Shown here one piece after another: positions 53,062 through 64,000 of a stretch of 64,000 nucleotides of DNA. A model generated the notes under the pieces. The model saw nothing but the letters and a program-made list of their open reading frames with translations, did not search any database and was not told the DNA's origin. The position numbers and the translations under genes were made by a program. The first letter of the stretch is position 1. Each line of letters starts with the position of its first letter. This DNA comes from Octopus bimaculoides (lineage: Eukaryota), in the NCBI RefSeq assembly GCF_001194135.2, contig NC_068985.1:11486698-11550697 (forward strand), read 5' to 3'.

Positions 53062-53298
53062 TACATTATTTACATTTGACGGACATCTGTCCTCATCTTG
53101 TTTGTTGTCAACAGAAAGTTTCGACTGATATACCCCGCCAGACTTCATCAGGTGTCTTGGGGAAATTTCGAACCTGGGCTCTCATCTTAAGGTATTTTCG
53201 ATATTATTATTATTATTATTATTCAGATCACTGCCTGGAAGTGAACTTGGAATCTTGAGGTTAGTAGCTCGCGCTCTTAACCACTACGCCATATGCCC
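53062..53298 (-). mobile_element. P1 tRNA-headed SINE with PLE-type tail
   Basis: Minus strand gggcatatggcgtagtggttaagagcgcg (A box TGGCGTAGTGG), (AAT)n, agacacctgatgaagtctg...cagtcgaaac. Confidence 0.88.
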
Positions 53299-53300
53299 AT

Positions 53301-53401
53301 GGCCGAAACGTTTAAACAACAAACAAGATGAGGACAAATATCCGTCAAATGTAAATAATGTAGATAATGTACACAATTCCTTATCTCTTAAAAATAGAAC
53401 T
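53301..53401 (+). mobile_element. Inverted duplicate of the P1 3' tail abutting the 5' end of the minus copy
   Basis: ggccgaaacgtt...acaagatgaggacaaatatccgtc...aaatagaact. Confidence 0.88.
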
Positions 53402-54378
53402 AACATAATTATGTTTGCTTTTATATTTGGGTTGAAAAGAATTTCGTGCTCATGTAATTAGGGATAGGATCCTTCTCAAAATGGGATATAAGTTATTTGT
53501 TCTTAATGAGTCAAGAAAAGAAAGAAATGTGCATGAACTTAGCAAGCCTTCTAAGAGAGCTACACTGGTGCTGCCTTTTTTTCTGAATTTGTACATACTA
53601 TTGCCCAAGAAGGAAGTGAAATTAAGTGAATGTGATTGCGATAGAGTGGCTCAATGTTAAAACGGCCAAAGAACAAGGCAGCAGCATTAGTTTTGAGGAC
53701 ATATAAAGTCACATGCACTCTGACTTCATCGGATAAATTTAACTTTACTCGTTTATCACAATAAATGCTAAGGAAAAAAGCATTTATGTCCGAACAGTGA
53801 TTCTTTCCCATTTTCTATTTCAGATGCAGTGTACTTACAGAAAATGTAATCAGAGCTTGAAATTTAACTGATGTGCATAAATGCTAAATCCAAGGTTACT
53901 ATTCTGGCTTCATTCTGCCGATAAAATTGATTAAACTAGCTCAACTTTACCCGAAATGCCCTGGACTATCATAAATAGCTATATACACTGATTAAAAGCT
54001 ATCATATCTTGGTTATTTTGGTTCTCTCCCTGATCACAAGTTTTGGCGTATTCGACAGGTACAAGCGGTTCCAATTACCGACATAAGTGCACAAGGAGGC
54101 TTAAATATGTATGTGTTTATTTATCTTAAGGTGAGTCATTTCATGGACTCAGGAGAAAGAAAAACAAGATTTACTACTGTGAAGTTTATAATTTTGTTTG
54201 ATATATGTATTTGGCAACGATACTTGATGAGAAATAGATAGCTAGTAGGGGAAGAAAACAACAGACGAACATATTAATTCTCACAGATACATTATAAAGA
54301 GTACAGAAAATATACATTTATATATTCACACATACTTAAAACTAGGACCCCACCACCACACACATAAGCATATGCATA

Positions 54379-54417
<39 letters not shown>

Positions 54418-54994
54418 ACAGATATATTTATATGCATATATAAACATGTATGAGGAAAGGAAGGGAAAGAAAAATGTTAGTGCAAAAGGAAAGAGATAAG
54501 TAGACGGAGAGAAAATCTGGCTGTATTCAAATGCAGACATTAAAATGAGTAATATTTGATTGATTTATGATCTAGACAATAAAAAGTTCAAAAAGGCGAA
54601 AGTAGATTCAATGGTAGATTAACATTAAGCTATCTCTATATCTAACTTTAATCATTATTATATATTATCCGCCATTTGGAGCAAGATACATTTCGCTTCT
54701 CACTAATATTTTATTGTTGTTGTTGCTGTTGTTGTTACCGTAGCAGCAGCCGCTGCTTCTGCTGCTACTAAGCCTCATATCGTCCCTCAGTATCTTGTCT
54801 ATCATAAAAGGCTTTCCACATGTAAAAATCCAACTTTTGTGTTAATTGAAGTACATTTAACATCCCCTTTTCCGGTATGCCCCTCTCATTTCTAGACAAT
54901 AGAATTCAACGTGAATATAATTGATCTGCATATCGTGATGGTCAAAAGACTACGTAGAAGTACGTTTTTCGTGGTGGACATCCACATAAGTGAG

Positions 54995-55027
<33 letters not shown>

Positions 55028-55468
55028 TATGTATATATATATATATACTTAAGTCTTCAAGCTTCGAGTCGAACATAAATAAGAATTACGAAGTGATACA
55101 AAAATTACGCTCAGGAATTTTCATTCATTCAGAATATTGTCGAGAATAATTTTTACCTCTATATTATTGTGATACATTTTACTTATCACAATTGCTTAAT
55201 CGATAACGGAGTGGTAGTTTTAATACATTTTTGTTTCAGATAATTTTGTTTTTCTGCCTAGCCATTTAATCAATGACCGTTTTTCGGCATTCGAGACTTG
55301 TTAGATGGTAGTATGAATGTATCCTCAAATAGAGAACCCGTGCTGAATGCTTGTAACTGATCGAACAGCGACAAAGAAACTGAAACGAATACTGCAAGCA
55401 ATCTCTTCCGATGCTCTACCAGTTACGTTAGTCCAAAACCGTAGAACAGTGACTTTTCATATTTTCAG

Positions 55469-55519
55469 TATTTGGGCCAGATCCAAAATTTGAATTTTTC
55501 ACGAAGCAGCACCAAAATG
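55469..55519 (+). CDS. Candidate exon ending in CAAAATG (possible start codon)
   Basis: gacttttcatattttcag|TAT...ATG|gtaaaa; strong acceptor, weak donor. Confidence 0.25.
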
Positions 55520-56738
55520 GTAAAAAACGAGTCAATTAAAGAAAAAAATATTATGTTTATAGAGGGAAGACTGTATGTGGCCCTGGAAGCTGCGGTTGGG
55601 AAGCGTTGCTTTAAAATATTCCTTCGTTTAACGAACTTGTGACGATTAAAGGGGTTGACCAATGTTGATTATAAACTCAAAATGTAAGAAAGCGGAATAA
55701 ATGCTGCAAGACACTTAATCCGATGTTTAATACATTGTTCATTCTCCGCCTGGTTGATTCCTACTGATTGAAACAACGTAGTATTATTTTCAAAGACTCA
55801 AACACAATAGGTAAATAATGGATGCCTAAGAGATCCAACTCTTTATTTCCGAATTCACAACTGCGTTATTAAAAACTGGTTTCCACTGAAATATTTCTTT
55901 GATGTATCGATAGAAAATTCTATATTTGTAAACGAAGATTTTCAGAAGTTTCATTGCTTCAGAATTTTTAAATACAGAAAATGATAGTATAGTATTTAGA
56001 TTGTCATTAGAATTTGTAGAAAAGAAGGAAGCAAAGAATTGGCGAAGTAACAAGAATGGATGAAAGAGAAAAGTAACGGAAAACAGAAATCAAAAGTTAA
56101 AACTGCTTTACAACTTGCTAGCGGAAGTTATTGATTAGAAGACTACAAAGCAACATTGCTTTGGTGACATGAAAATATGATGTAGACATGGGTAGCTAGT
56201 AAAACAGTACAGACTGATTCTCATTGGTTTTTGGTGATATTAACAGTCATGCTTCAAAGATGAAAGAGATCCGAAATCATAATAAGTAAAATGACGGAAA
56301 TGACTTTAGTGACAAGATGTTGGCAATGATTGATGAAACGTTCAGGTCTGGAAAATTCAGGAAGGAAAGGAACGATGTTACGAAAGTAAAGAAAGATACA
56401 TCAAGCTAAAGAATGGAGAAAATGAATAAACGACGTTTGAAAAGATCGAAGAAAGTAAGGAAGAGAAAATAGAACAGAATGTAAATGTACTGAAGGGGAA
56501 GAAATATGAAAGACAGATGCGTTGAAGACAGTGGAGGGAAGAACATATAAATTCACGAAAGGAAGTGAGAAACAAAAGCGATCGCAAATGATCTAGGGCA
56601 GGAAAGAGTCAAAGGCGCGGAAATTAAAAAGAGAAACTGAACAAATTAATACAAATTAAATGTCAAAAAAGAATTACATTACAGAAATGAAAAGTTATTA
56701 AAAGCCAAGTAAGATGAAATTAAACTACCCGCTAGACA

Positions 56739-56939
56739 TTGCTTTCTACTCTACGCACAAGGCCCGACATTTTTGGGGTGGGGGCCAGTCGATTAGACCG
56801 ATCTCAGTACGCAACTGGTGCTTAATTCATCGACTTCGAAAGGACGAAAGGCAAAGTCAACCTCGGCGAAATTTGAACTCAGAACGTAAAGACAGACGAA
56901 ATAGCGCTAAGCATTTTGTTCTGCCAGCTCGCCGCCTTC
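56739..56939 (-). mobile_element. Family B-related SINE
   Basis: Reverse complement ending ctgccagctcgccgccttc. Confidence 0.85.
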
Positions 56940-57513
56940 CCACCCATTGTATATTGACAGAATAAATTTCTAAAGCCATATAGGAATATAGTGTTAGTTC
57001 TTCTGCCTGCCAACTGAAATTCTAAAATGTTTCTGAATTAGTACAACTCTTTTCAGAATATTTTCTTTTCTACCTTAATTAAAATTAGAAAGTGTGTCTT
57101 ATTGATCTTGCTTGTATAATACTACGTAAAAGAGCGAATATCATTCTGATACTATCTCCGATTCTTGAAAAATAAAATATGAAAAGAAAAGAAAAGAAAA
57201 TGAATGCGGTGTAGAATGTACCACTTATCAAACTCTGGATTAAGATGGGTCATATTTAATCGGAGTGATTGTTTTCAGAAACCATGTTGTTACTTTGCAA
57301 GAACTACCGTAAGCAAAGCTAAAAATCAATGGTATGTGAACCATGTCACTGCTTGCCTGTTTAATATGAAATATTTTATATAGGGACACTTTATCCATTG
57401 TGTTCTCCTTGCATTAAGATAAAAGTGGTGAATTAGTGACAAATTTGGCTAAAATTTCCAGGAAATTGATTAAGACGAACTATCATTCCTATTTGGTCAT
57501 TTTCGGTGTTTAG

Positions 57514-57611
57514 GAAGGAGATAAAATCAAACATCCTATGTGGCCCTTTCCAGCAGTGGAAACGAAATACTACTTTGTCATTAAGCGGTGCTCTGGTGAA
57601 GGACATAGCAA
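57514..57611 (+). CDS. Candidate coding exon EGDKIKHPMWPFPAVETKYYFVIKRCSGEGHS(K)
   Basis: ggtcattttcggtgtttag|GAA...CAA|gtgaga; the in-frame TAG is the acceptor itself and the next TGA lies within the donor, so the frame is bounded exactly by splice sites. Confidence 0.45.
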
Positions 57612-58786
57612 GTGAGACGAAAACTAGTGAGGTAGTCAATCTCAAACTAAGAGATTCGTTAATATTTCGTTTATAAACTGGAGAAAGAAAGGAGGAATGC
57701 TGTTCGCGTATTCTGTAACATCTTTTGTACTCTTAGAAAATACTGTAGATAAATGATGAAGGCAGATGGAGCATTGGTCAATCAATAGTAGCAGAAACAT
57801 GGGCAATCAGACAAAGATGCGACTATCGCAAATATATTGAATCTACTTAAGCCGTGCCAATGACCAATGTGTTTACAAAAGAAAGAATGGACTAATAATA
57901 GCTTGGTATTACACCTACATCTACCTAGAAATATTGGTTGAAGACCAACGCTAGTTCTTTACAGTGTCATAAGGAAAGCGCTTCACTTAATACAGTTGAG
58001 CCTTTAATCACTTTTAGCCAATAAAACACGAGACCTTAATCTCTTTATAATAGTGATAATACGTAATATTTAAGTCAAGGTTATATAACGAGCTAAATGT
58101 AAATAGCTAAGCATGGTGATGGCCAAGACATCAACTTAACATACGTTCATACATACACGTAATCTCAGAAGCACAAAATGTGTCACTGCATGTGTACATA
58201 CATACATACATACATATATACATACATACATACATACATATCAGCGCGTGTGCTATGAGTGGACGTTTGTGAACAGAAGAGCTGTATAAATGAGGTCGCA
58301 TTCATTGTCGAGTGTTTAAAACGTTTAGATCGCAGACATGTAATGACGAGTTCTATCCGACTATGTTAAATCTCGGAAAAATATCTTTTAGCATATGTTC
58401 ATTTAGTTCCAAGTCTTAAAAAGTGAAACTACGCTGGCTAAACATAAGAGAATACGTTAGATGGAATGTATCCGTATTTCAAAGGGATTCAAAAATTGCC
58501 ACAGACTCGGCCATGCTGGTTCCACTTGGGGATTACGCTACCATGGGACTCTACAGCTACGTGCAATACATTCCGATGAAGTCCATTGTCCAGAAAAAGA
58601 CATGAGGCGGGAGGTAGAAATAATTACTGAACCGTTACTCTTTTACTTGTTTCAGTCATTTGACTGTGGCCATGCTGGAGTACCGCCTTTGATAATTTAA
58701 AAGTTTTTTTTATATTTTATTTTTTGGTTCGAACCAATTAACTTGTGTTCAAAATATTTCAAATTGAACTTCAGAGCGCAACATTG

Positions 58787-59083
58787 TTTTCTACTCTAGA
58801 CACATGGCCCGAAATTTATGGGGAGGTGGGGGAAGTCGATCGACCCAGTACTCAACTGGTACTTAATTTACCGACCCCGAAAGGATGAAAGGCAAAGTCG
58901 ACCTCTGAGGAATTTGAACTCAGAATGTAAAGACAGACGAAACACCGCTAAACATTTAGCTCGAAAAGATGAAAGGCAAAGTCGGCCTAGGCGGAATTTG
59001 AATTCAGAGCATGAAGACAGACGAATTAACGTTAAGCATTTCGCTTGTAGTGCTAACGCTTCTACCAGCTCACCGCCTTCTTT
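58787..59083 (-). mobile_element. Family B-related SINE with about 84-bp internal tandem duplication and TSD
   Basis: Units 58878-58961 and 58962-59045; 14-bp TSD agagcgcaacattg (58773-58786) / agagcgcaatattg (59084-59097). Confidence 0.88.
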
Positions 59084-59109
59084 AGAGCGCAATATTGCCG
59101 AATGGTTAA

Positions 59110-59310
59110 AGCGACGAACTGGTAGAACCTATAGCACACCGGTCGAACTGCTTAGCCGCATTTTGTACGTCTTTACGTTCTGAGTTTAAATGCCGCCGAG
59201 ATCAACTTTACTTTTCCTCCCTTCCGGGGTTGATAAAATACGTACCAGTTTAACATTGGGATCGATGCTATCGAATTATCCCTCCCAATTGCTGACCTCG
59301 TGTCAAAATT
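59110..59310 (+). mobile_element. Degenerate family B-related SINE, head-to-head with the previous copy
   Basis: gcgacgaactggtagaa...ttctgagtttaaatgccgccgag...ccggggttgataaaatacgtaccag. Confidence 0.75.
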
Positions 59311-60566
59311 TAAAACCAATAATTCTGAATGCTTAAGATGTTCATTTCATAATTACGAAATCCAAGGTTCGATCGCATTAAGGGAAATATTCCGTAAATG
59401 CATGTTACCATAGAGACACAGGAAGGTCCTAGCAATGTAAATGATAGTGAGTAGACGGAACATGTATAGAATTCCATTGAATGGTATTTATTATTCAATA
59501 GATCATGCTTTTCACACACTGAGTGACGCTGCTACCGTATGTATAATACATACAGGTTACAACTGCCTCAGGAATGCTCAAACCGAGTTTCTCTCTTCTC
59601 CGATATTCGGCGGTGACTTGGTTTGTAAACCCTCTTTCACAGTTGGCAGGCGACAGCAAGATGAACTACTGCCGATCATACCCTCCCATAGTCTGTTTGC
59701 ACGTGACCGGGAACAACATGTGAACTTGCATTCGAACTGAAACTTCAAACATGATATCTTGACTCGAAAAGCGTCGACCGTCGGATGAGGTCGGTATTCG
59801 TGAGGGATGCGGTGAACTCGTCGATCGGTGCTGTCACAACCCACCTCAGACAAATGCCACTGCAATCACAAGCGCCGTAACGGTGCAATGTTCACCAACT
59901 TCCATGCTAAGTTAAAGAGCAGATAGCACCGTTGATTTAACAGCTGAATGCTCATTGTCGAAACTGACGGAGATTCATAGTATATCGTCAGAACTAAATA
60001 ACTAACATGTCCTGAAACATATTATTTGACTAAAGCCAGCCGTTAACCACAACTTACATAGATATTTCACATCTAACAGCAAATTTGTAATACTTCCATG
60101 CAAAACAACCTCAAAAGCAGACATCAAAGAGCACGTAACTATTTCGTCTCTTTTAACTGTAGAAGCACAAAATATCAATGTATTTTTTGTTTGTAACTAT
60201 CATTGTTCAGTTTCAGGCCGGTCCTAATCGAGCAAACCTCTGATCAAAGGCGTTCCAGTATTGACTATTCGGTATTTTTCTATAACACAAACACGCAGTT
60301 TAGTTATAATCTTCGCCTCCTCTTTTCACACCTCTTCCCCTTCTTTCTACACCGCCTCCCTTCTTTACCTTGATGATAGGATCCTGTGATTTTACAGAGG
60401 CTTGGCAGTTATTTCTAGCAGTGGCTTCATCCTTGGCTCGTGTTTAGCTTTATTTTAAACAGAAAAGTCATTCGAGATTCCGTTTCATTTTATATTACAC
60501 TATCTAAATAAAATGAATTTTTTAGTGCTATTTGCGAAACTATATATATATATACACACACATATA

Positions 60567-60728
60567 GGCGCAGGAGTGGCAGTGTGGTAGGTAGCTTGCT
60601 TACCAACCACATGGTTCTGGGTTCAGTCCCACTGCGCGGCACCTTGAGCAAGCGTCTTCTACTATAGCCTCGGGCCGACTAAAGCCTTGTGAGTGGATTT
60701 GGTAGACGGAAACTGAAAGAAGCCCGTC

Positions 60729-60772
<44 letters not shown>

Positions 60773-60935
60773 GTGTGTGTGTATATATGTTTGTGTGTGT
60801 GCTTGACAACCGATGCTGGTGTGCTTACGTCCCCGTAACTTAGTGGCTCGGCAAAAGAGACCGATAGAATGAGTACTAGGCTTACAAAGAATAAGTCCTG
60901 GGGTCGATTTGCTCGACTAAAGGCGGTGCTCCAGC
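60567..60935 (+). mobile_element. SINE family A, 3' end truncated
   Basis: ggcgcaggagtggc...ggcggtgctccagca with internal (TA)n. Confidence 0.92.
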
Positions 60936-61103
60936 AGTATGTAAGAAGTATGTAACATACAGTTTTGCGTTTACATCTCATCTTACGCTCCCTAAGTAAT
61001 TCATACCTTACATCGCTTCATACGATATTCATCTCTTAGAAACAAGTTAGAAAGAAGGATAGAGAGGGGAAGGGAAAGTGAGTGTTCGTGTCGGTCGCAT
61101 CTC

Positions 61104-61949
61104 TGTATTGAACAGTTTCAGGTGCGTAGAATTTTTCTTATCAGTCAGTTTAATTCGGTAGGTAAATATGTTCTTTTTCCCGCACAATTCTCTGCAGAAT
61201 TATATTCAGCTTCTGAAACTATGGTCAGATAAAAACTGGTAAGATGACATCTTTGTTTAACATGTGGGATCCAGAGTGGGTGATTGACACGCTGTAATAA
61301 CAGCTAAATCTTCCTTTTACGAAACACTACTTTCTGAACTGAAGTAATGCAATTCCTGATAAACTGAAGCGTTATATTATATCGTGTGGTCATATTGAGG
61401 TACTGATGATTTAAAAGGAATTTAGTCGAACAAATCAACAACACTAATTACTAAGTGAGTCTGGTTCATAAATTTAACAAGTAAACTGGTCGAAACGTTA
61501 ATCTACAAGGGCGTAAACACACCAACACCGGTAGCGAAGTAGCGAGGCAGAAGCGGATATATTATAGTCAGATTTGTATTGGATATTTAACCGGATGTTA
61601 GATAATTAATTGTGTGGTTAAGTGATACCGTGTGCCGTTATCAAGCATCCGACTTAATATCTATTATGAATACTTTAGATAAGATTAGGCATTACGGATA
61701 TTCAATTGTGTACACTTTGATAAATATATTGACATATATAAGAATGCATATCATTCTGACTTATGAGTTTTTGACGACTATATTAATACACACACACACA
61801 CACACACACGCACATGTATATAGGGGGGAAGTGTAAAAACATGTGTATGAATGTATTTATATATATCTGTATACATATAAATATAAATCTATGCATATGT
61901 ATATGTATAGGCATATGTATATGCATATTTATATACATGCATATCTATA

Positions 61950-62024
<75 letters not shown>

Positions 62025-63203
62025 AGGCGCGTAGCTTAGTGGTTAGGGTGTCAGCATCATGATCGTAACATTGTGGTTTCGATTCCTGGACCGGGCGGCG
62101 CATTGTGTTCTTGAACAAAACACTTCATTTCACGTTGATTCGGTCCACTAAGCTGGCAAAAATGAGTAACGCTGCGATGGACTGGCGTCCTGTCCAGCTG
62201 GGGAACACATACACCATTGAAACCGGGAAACCGGGCCCATGAGCCTCACTAGGCTTTAAAAGGCTGCATGTGTGTGTGTGTGTGTGTGTGTGTGTAGCTT
62301 CCACGCAGTTTCCGTCTATCAAAATCACTCTGAAATAGTCGGCCCAGGGTTTAATAGAGGGCACCTGCCGTAGTTGCCATGTAGCGTGACTAGACCCGAA
62401 ATTACATGGTTACAAAGAGAGCTTCTCTCGATCATACAATGCTGGTTGCATCTAAGCATGCGTAGTTTGGTTACAATCAGTACAACTTACATCAAAGGTT
62501 TGTTTGATCAGAACAATTCTGGGAGTGGGTTAATATTACCTTTATTAATAATATCTTACAAACTCCTGAACAGCATCCTACCAAACAAGATGGACTTGAT
62601 GTAAATATACACTAAACCTCATGTGTCTATAGATATTAAAAGAAACAATAGGCGTTATTATAATTAAATGTAAAAACCGAAAGATTTATCCGCTCGGGGT
62701 GAGGAGAAACCAGAGTTTCGTTTTATTATACATTTTATTAGAGAGAAGCAGTAAATTATTTAAAAAAAAATATTATCTGACTAATTCTTGTTTTATTTAA
62801 GCCAATTTATCTAACACTGGATTTCCACATACCGTCTTATCAGATGGACGATTAATACAGTTCAACAGAACAGACGCTTGTACATCATAAGACTTGTTAC
62901 CTGCCGTGAGTTATAATCATAAATATTTCCTTCACATTTCATCGATTATTTCACCGTATAACTGTACACATTTGCCCGAATCATTCTCAATATTATAATA
63001 CATCTATTATAGTTTCGATGAAAATACATTTCGATGGTTTACTTTTAATGGATCCTCTGAACTTTGTATTGAACAGTTTCAGGTACGTAGTATTTTTCTG
63101 ATCAATCAGTATAATTTGGTAGGATAAAATGTCCCTTTTTCCCCCGCACAATACTTTGAAGCATTATTATATTCAGCTCCTGAAATTTTGGTAAGATAAA
63201 AAC
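61104..63203 (+). repeat. About 135-bp diverged direct repeat pair (61104-61236 and 63065-63203)
   Basis: Both start tgtattgaacagtttcaggtRcgtag and end gataaaaac. Confidence 0.85.
62023..62269 (+). mobile_element. tRNA-derived SINE family F
   Basis: A box tagcttagtgg, B box ggtttcgattcc, core gtgttcttgaacaaaacact, and gcgatggactggcgtcctgtccag (resembles the V-SINE domain; inference). Confidence 0.85.
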
Positions 63204-63929
63204 ATTTCTCGCACTGGCTAATGAGAATTATAGTTGACGAAGCAAATACGTCTGCAGTAGAAAACTTGCTACAAAATCTGTGACGTACATTTTCTTCCTA
63301 ACGTTTCGATAGCTATTTTCGTCTATTTTCTCTTTCTCTGACAGTCTGTCCGTGCTCTCTGTCTGACTCTATGCCTCTCTCTCTTTATCTATCTATCTTT
63401 CTAGCTAGTTAGCTACTTAGCTATCTTTCTGTCTCTCTTTCCGTCTATCTGTCTCTCTATATATATGAAATGCACACACATAAATACACATACTACATAC
63501 ATACATACATACATACAGACGTATAAATATACAAATAGACATAAATATAGAAGCATAGGCGTGGGTCTCATGTTAGATGGTCGTACATCGACGTGCGGGA
63601 TCGAATACTGAAATAAGAAATTTGCAACAACCAAATGAACAATCACTGAAAAACATTTGAATTTATTTCAATTAAACATTTTACTGCAACCAAATAATTT
63701 TCGTTGTTTGTTAGTCTTTTTCGCATACAGACACGTATATACACACACGCACATACAAGCATATACACACAGATGTGTGTGTATATGCGTGCATGTATTT
63801 GTGTGTGCGTGTGCGCACGCGCACGTAATTGGCTTTTAATTTTCCCGATTACATTCGCGTTATTCGCTTTATATTTATATATATTATATATATACATACA
63901 TATATATATATATAGATATATATATATAG

Positions 63930-64000
<71 letters not shown>

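Noticed and set aside
59762-59915. Insulin-like A chain in KRR...GELVDRCCHNPP
   Set aside because: The CC-x3-C-x8-C spacing is absent, the frame is preceded by TGA, and there is no good acceptor.

Overview
AT-rich, microsatellite-saturated eukaryotic DNA with about 13 N-gaps, nearly all abutting (TA)n/(TG)n/(AAT)n arrays. Its SINE families and repeat density resemble an octopus (coleoid cephalopod) genome; this is an inference. Almost every ORF in the supplied track is a microsatellite or gap artefact, and no gene can be named. Well supported: about 25 copies of at least five tRNA-derived SINE families (several with target-site duplications), two Tc1/mariner MITEs, a mariner 3' end, and decayed CR1-type, R4/Dong-type and ORF1-like retroelement fragments. 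Weakly supported: small candidate exons on both strands, including an 8-nt microexon with textbook splice signals. The most interesting signal is a set of short Penelope-like (PLE) modules carrying minimal type I hammerhead-ribozyme-like motifs in four sequence contexts. One is a tRNA-headed SINE with a PLE-type tail and inverted 5' junctions; another sits in (TA)n arrays and has a family-wide non-canonical core. No copy here has a fully intact canonical core. All alignments were made by eye, and repeat boundaries are approximate to about 10 bp.
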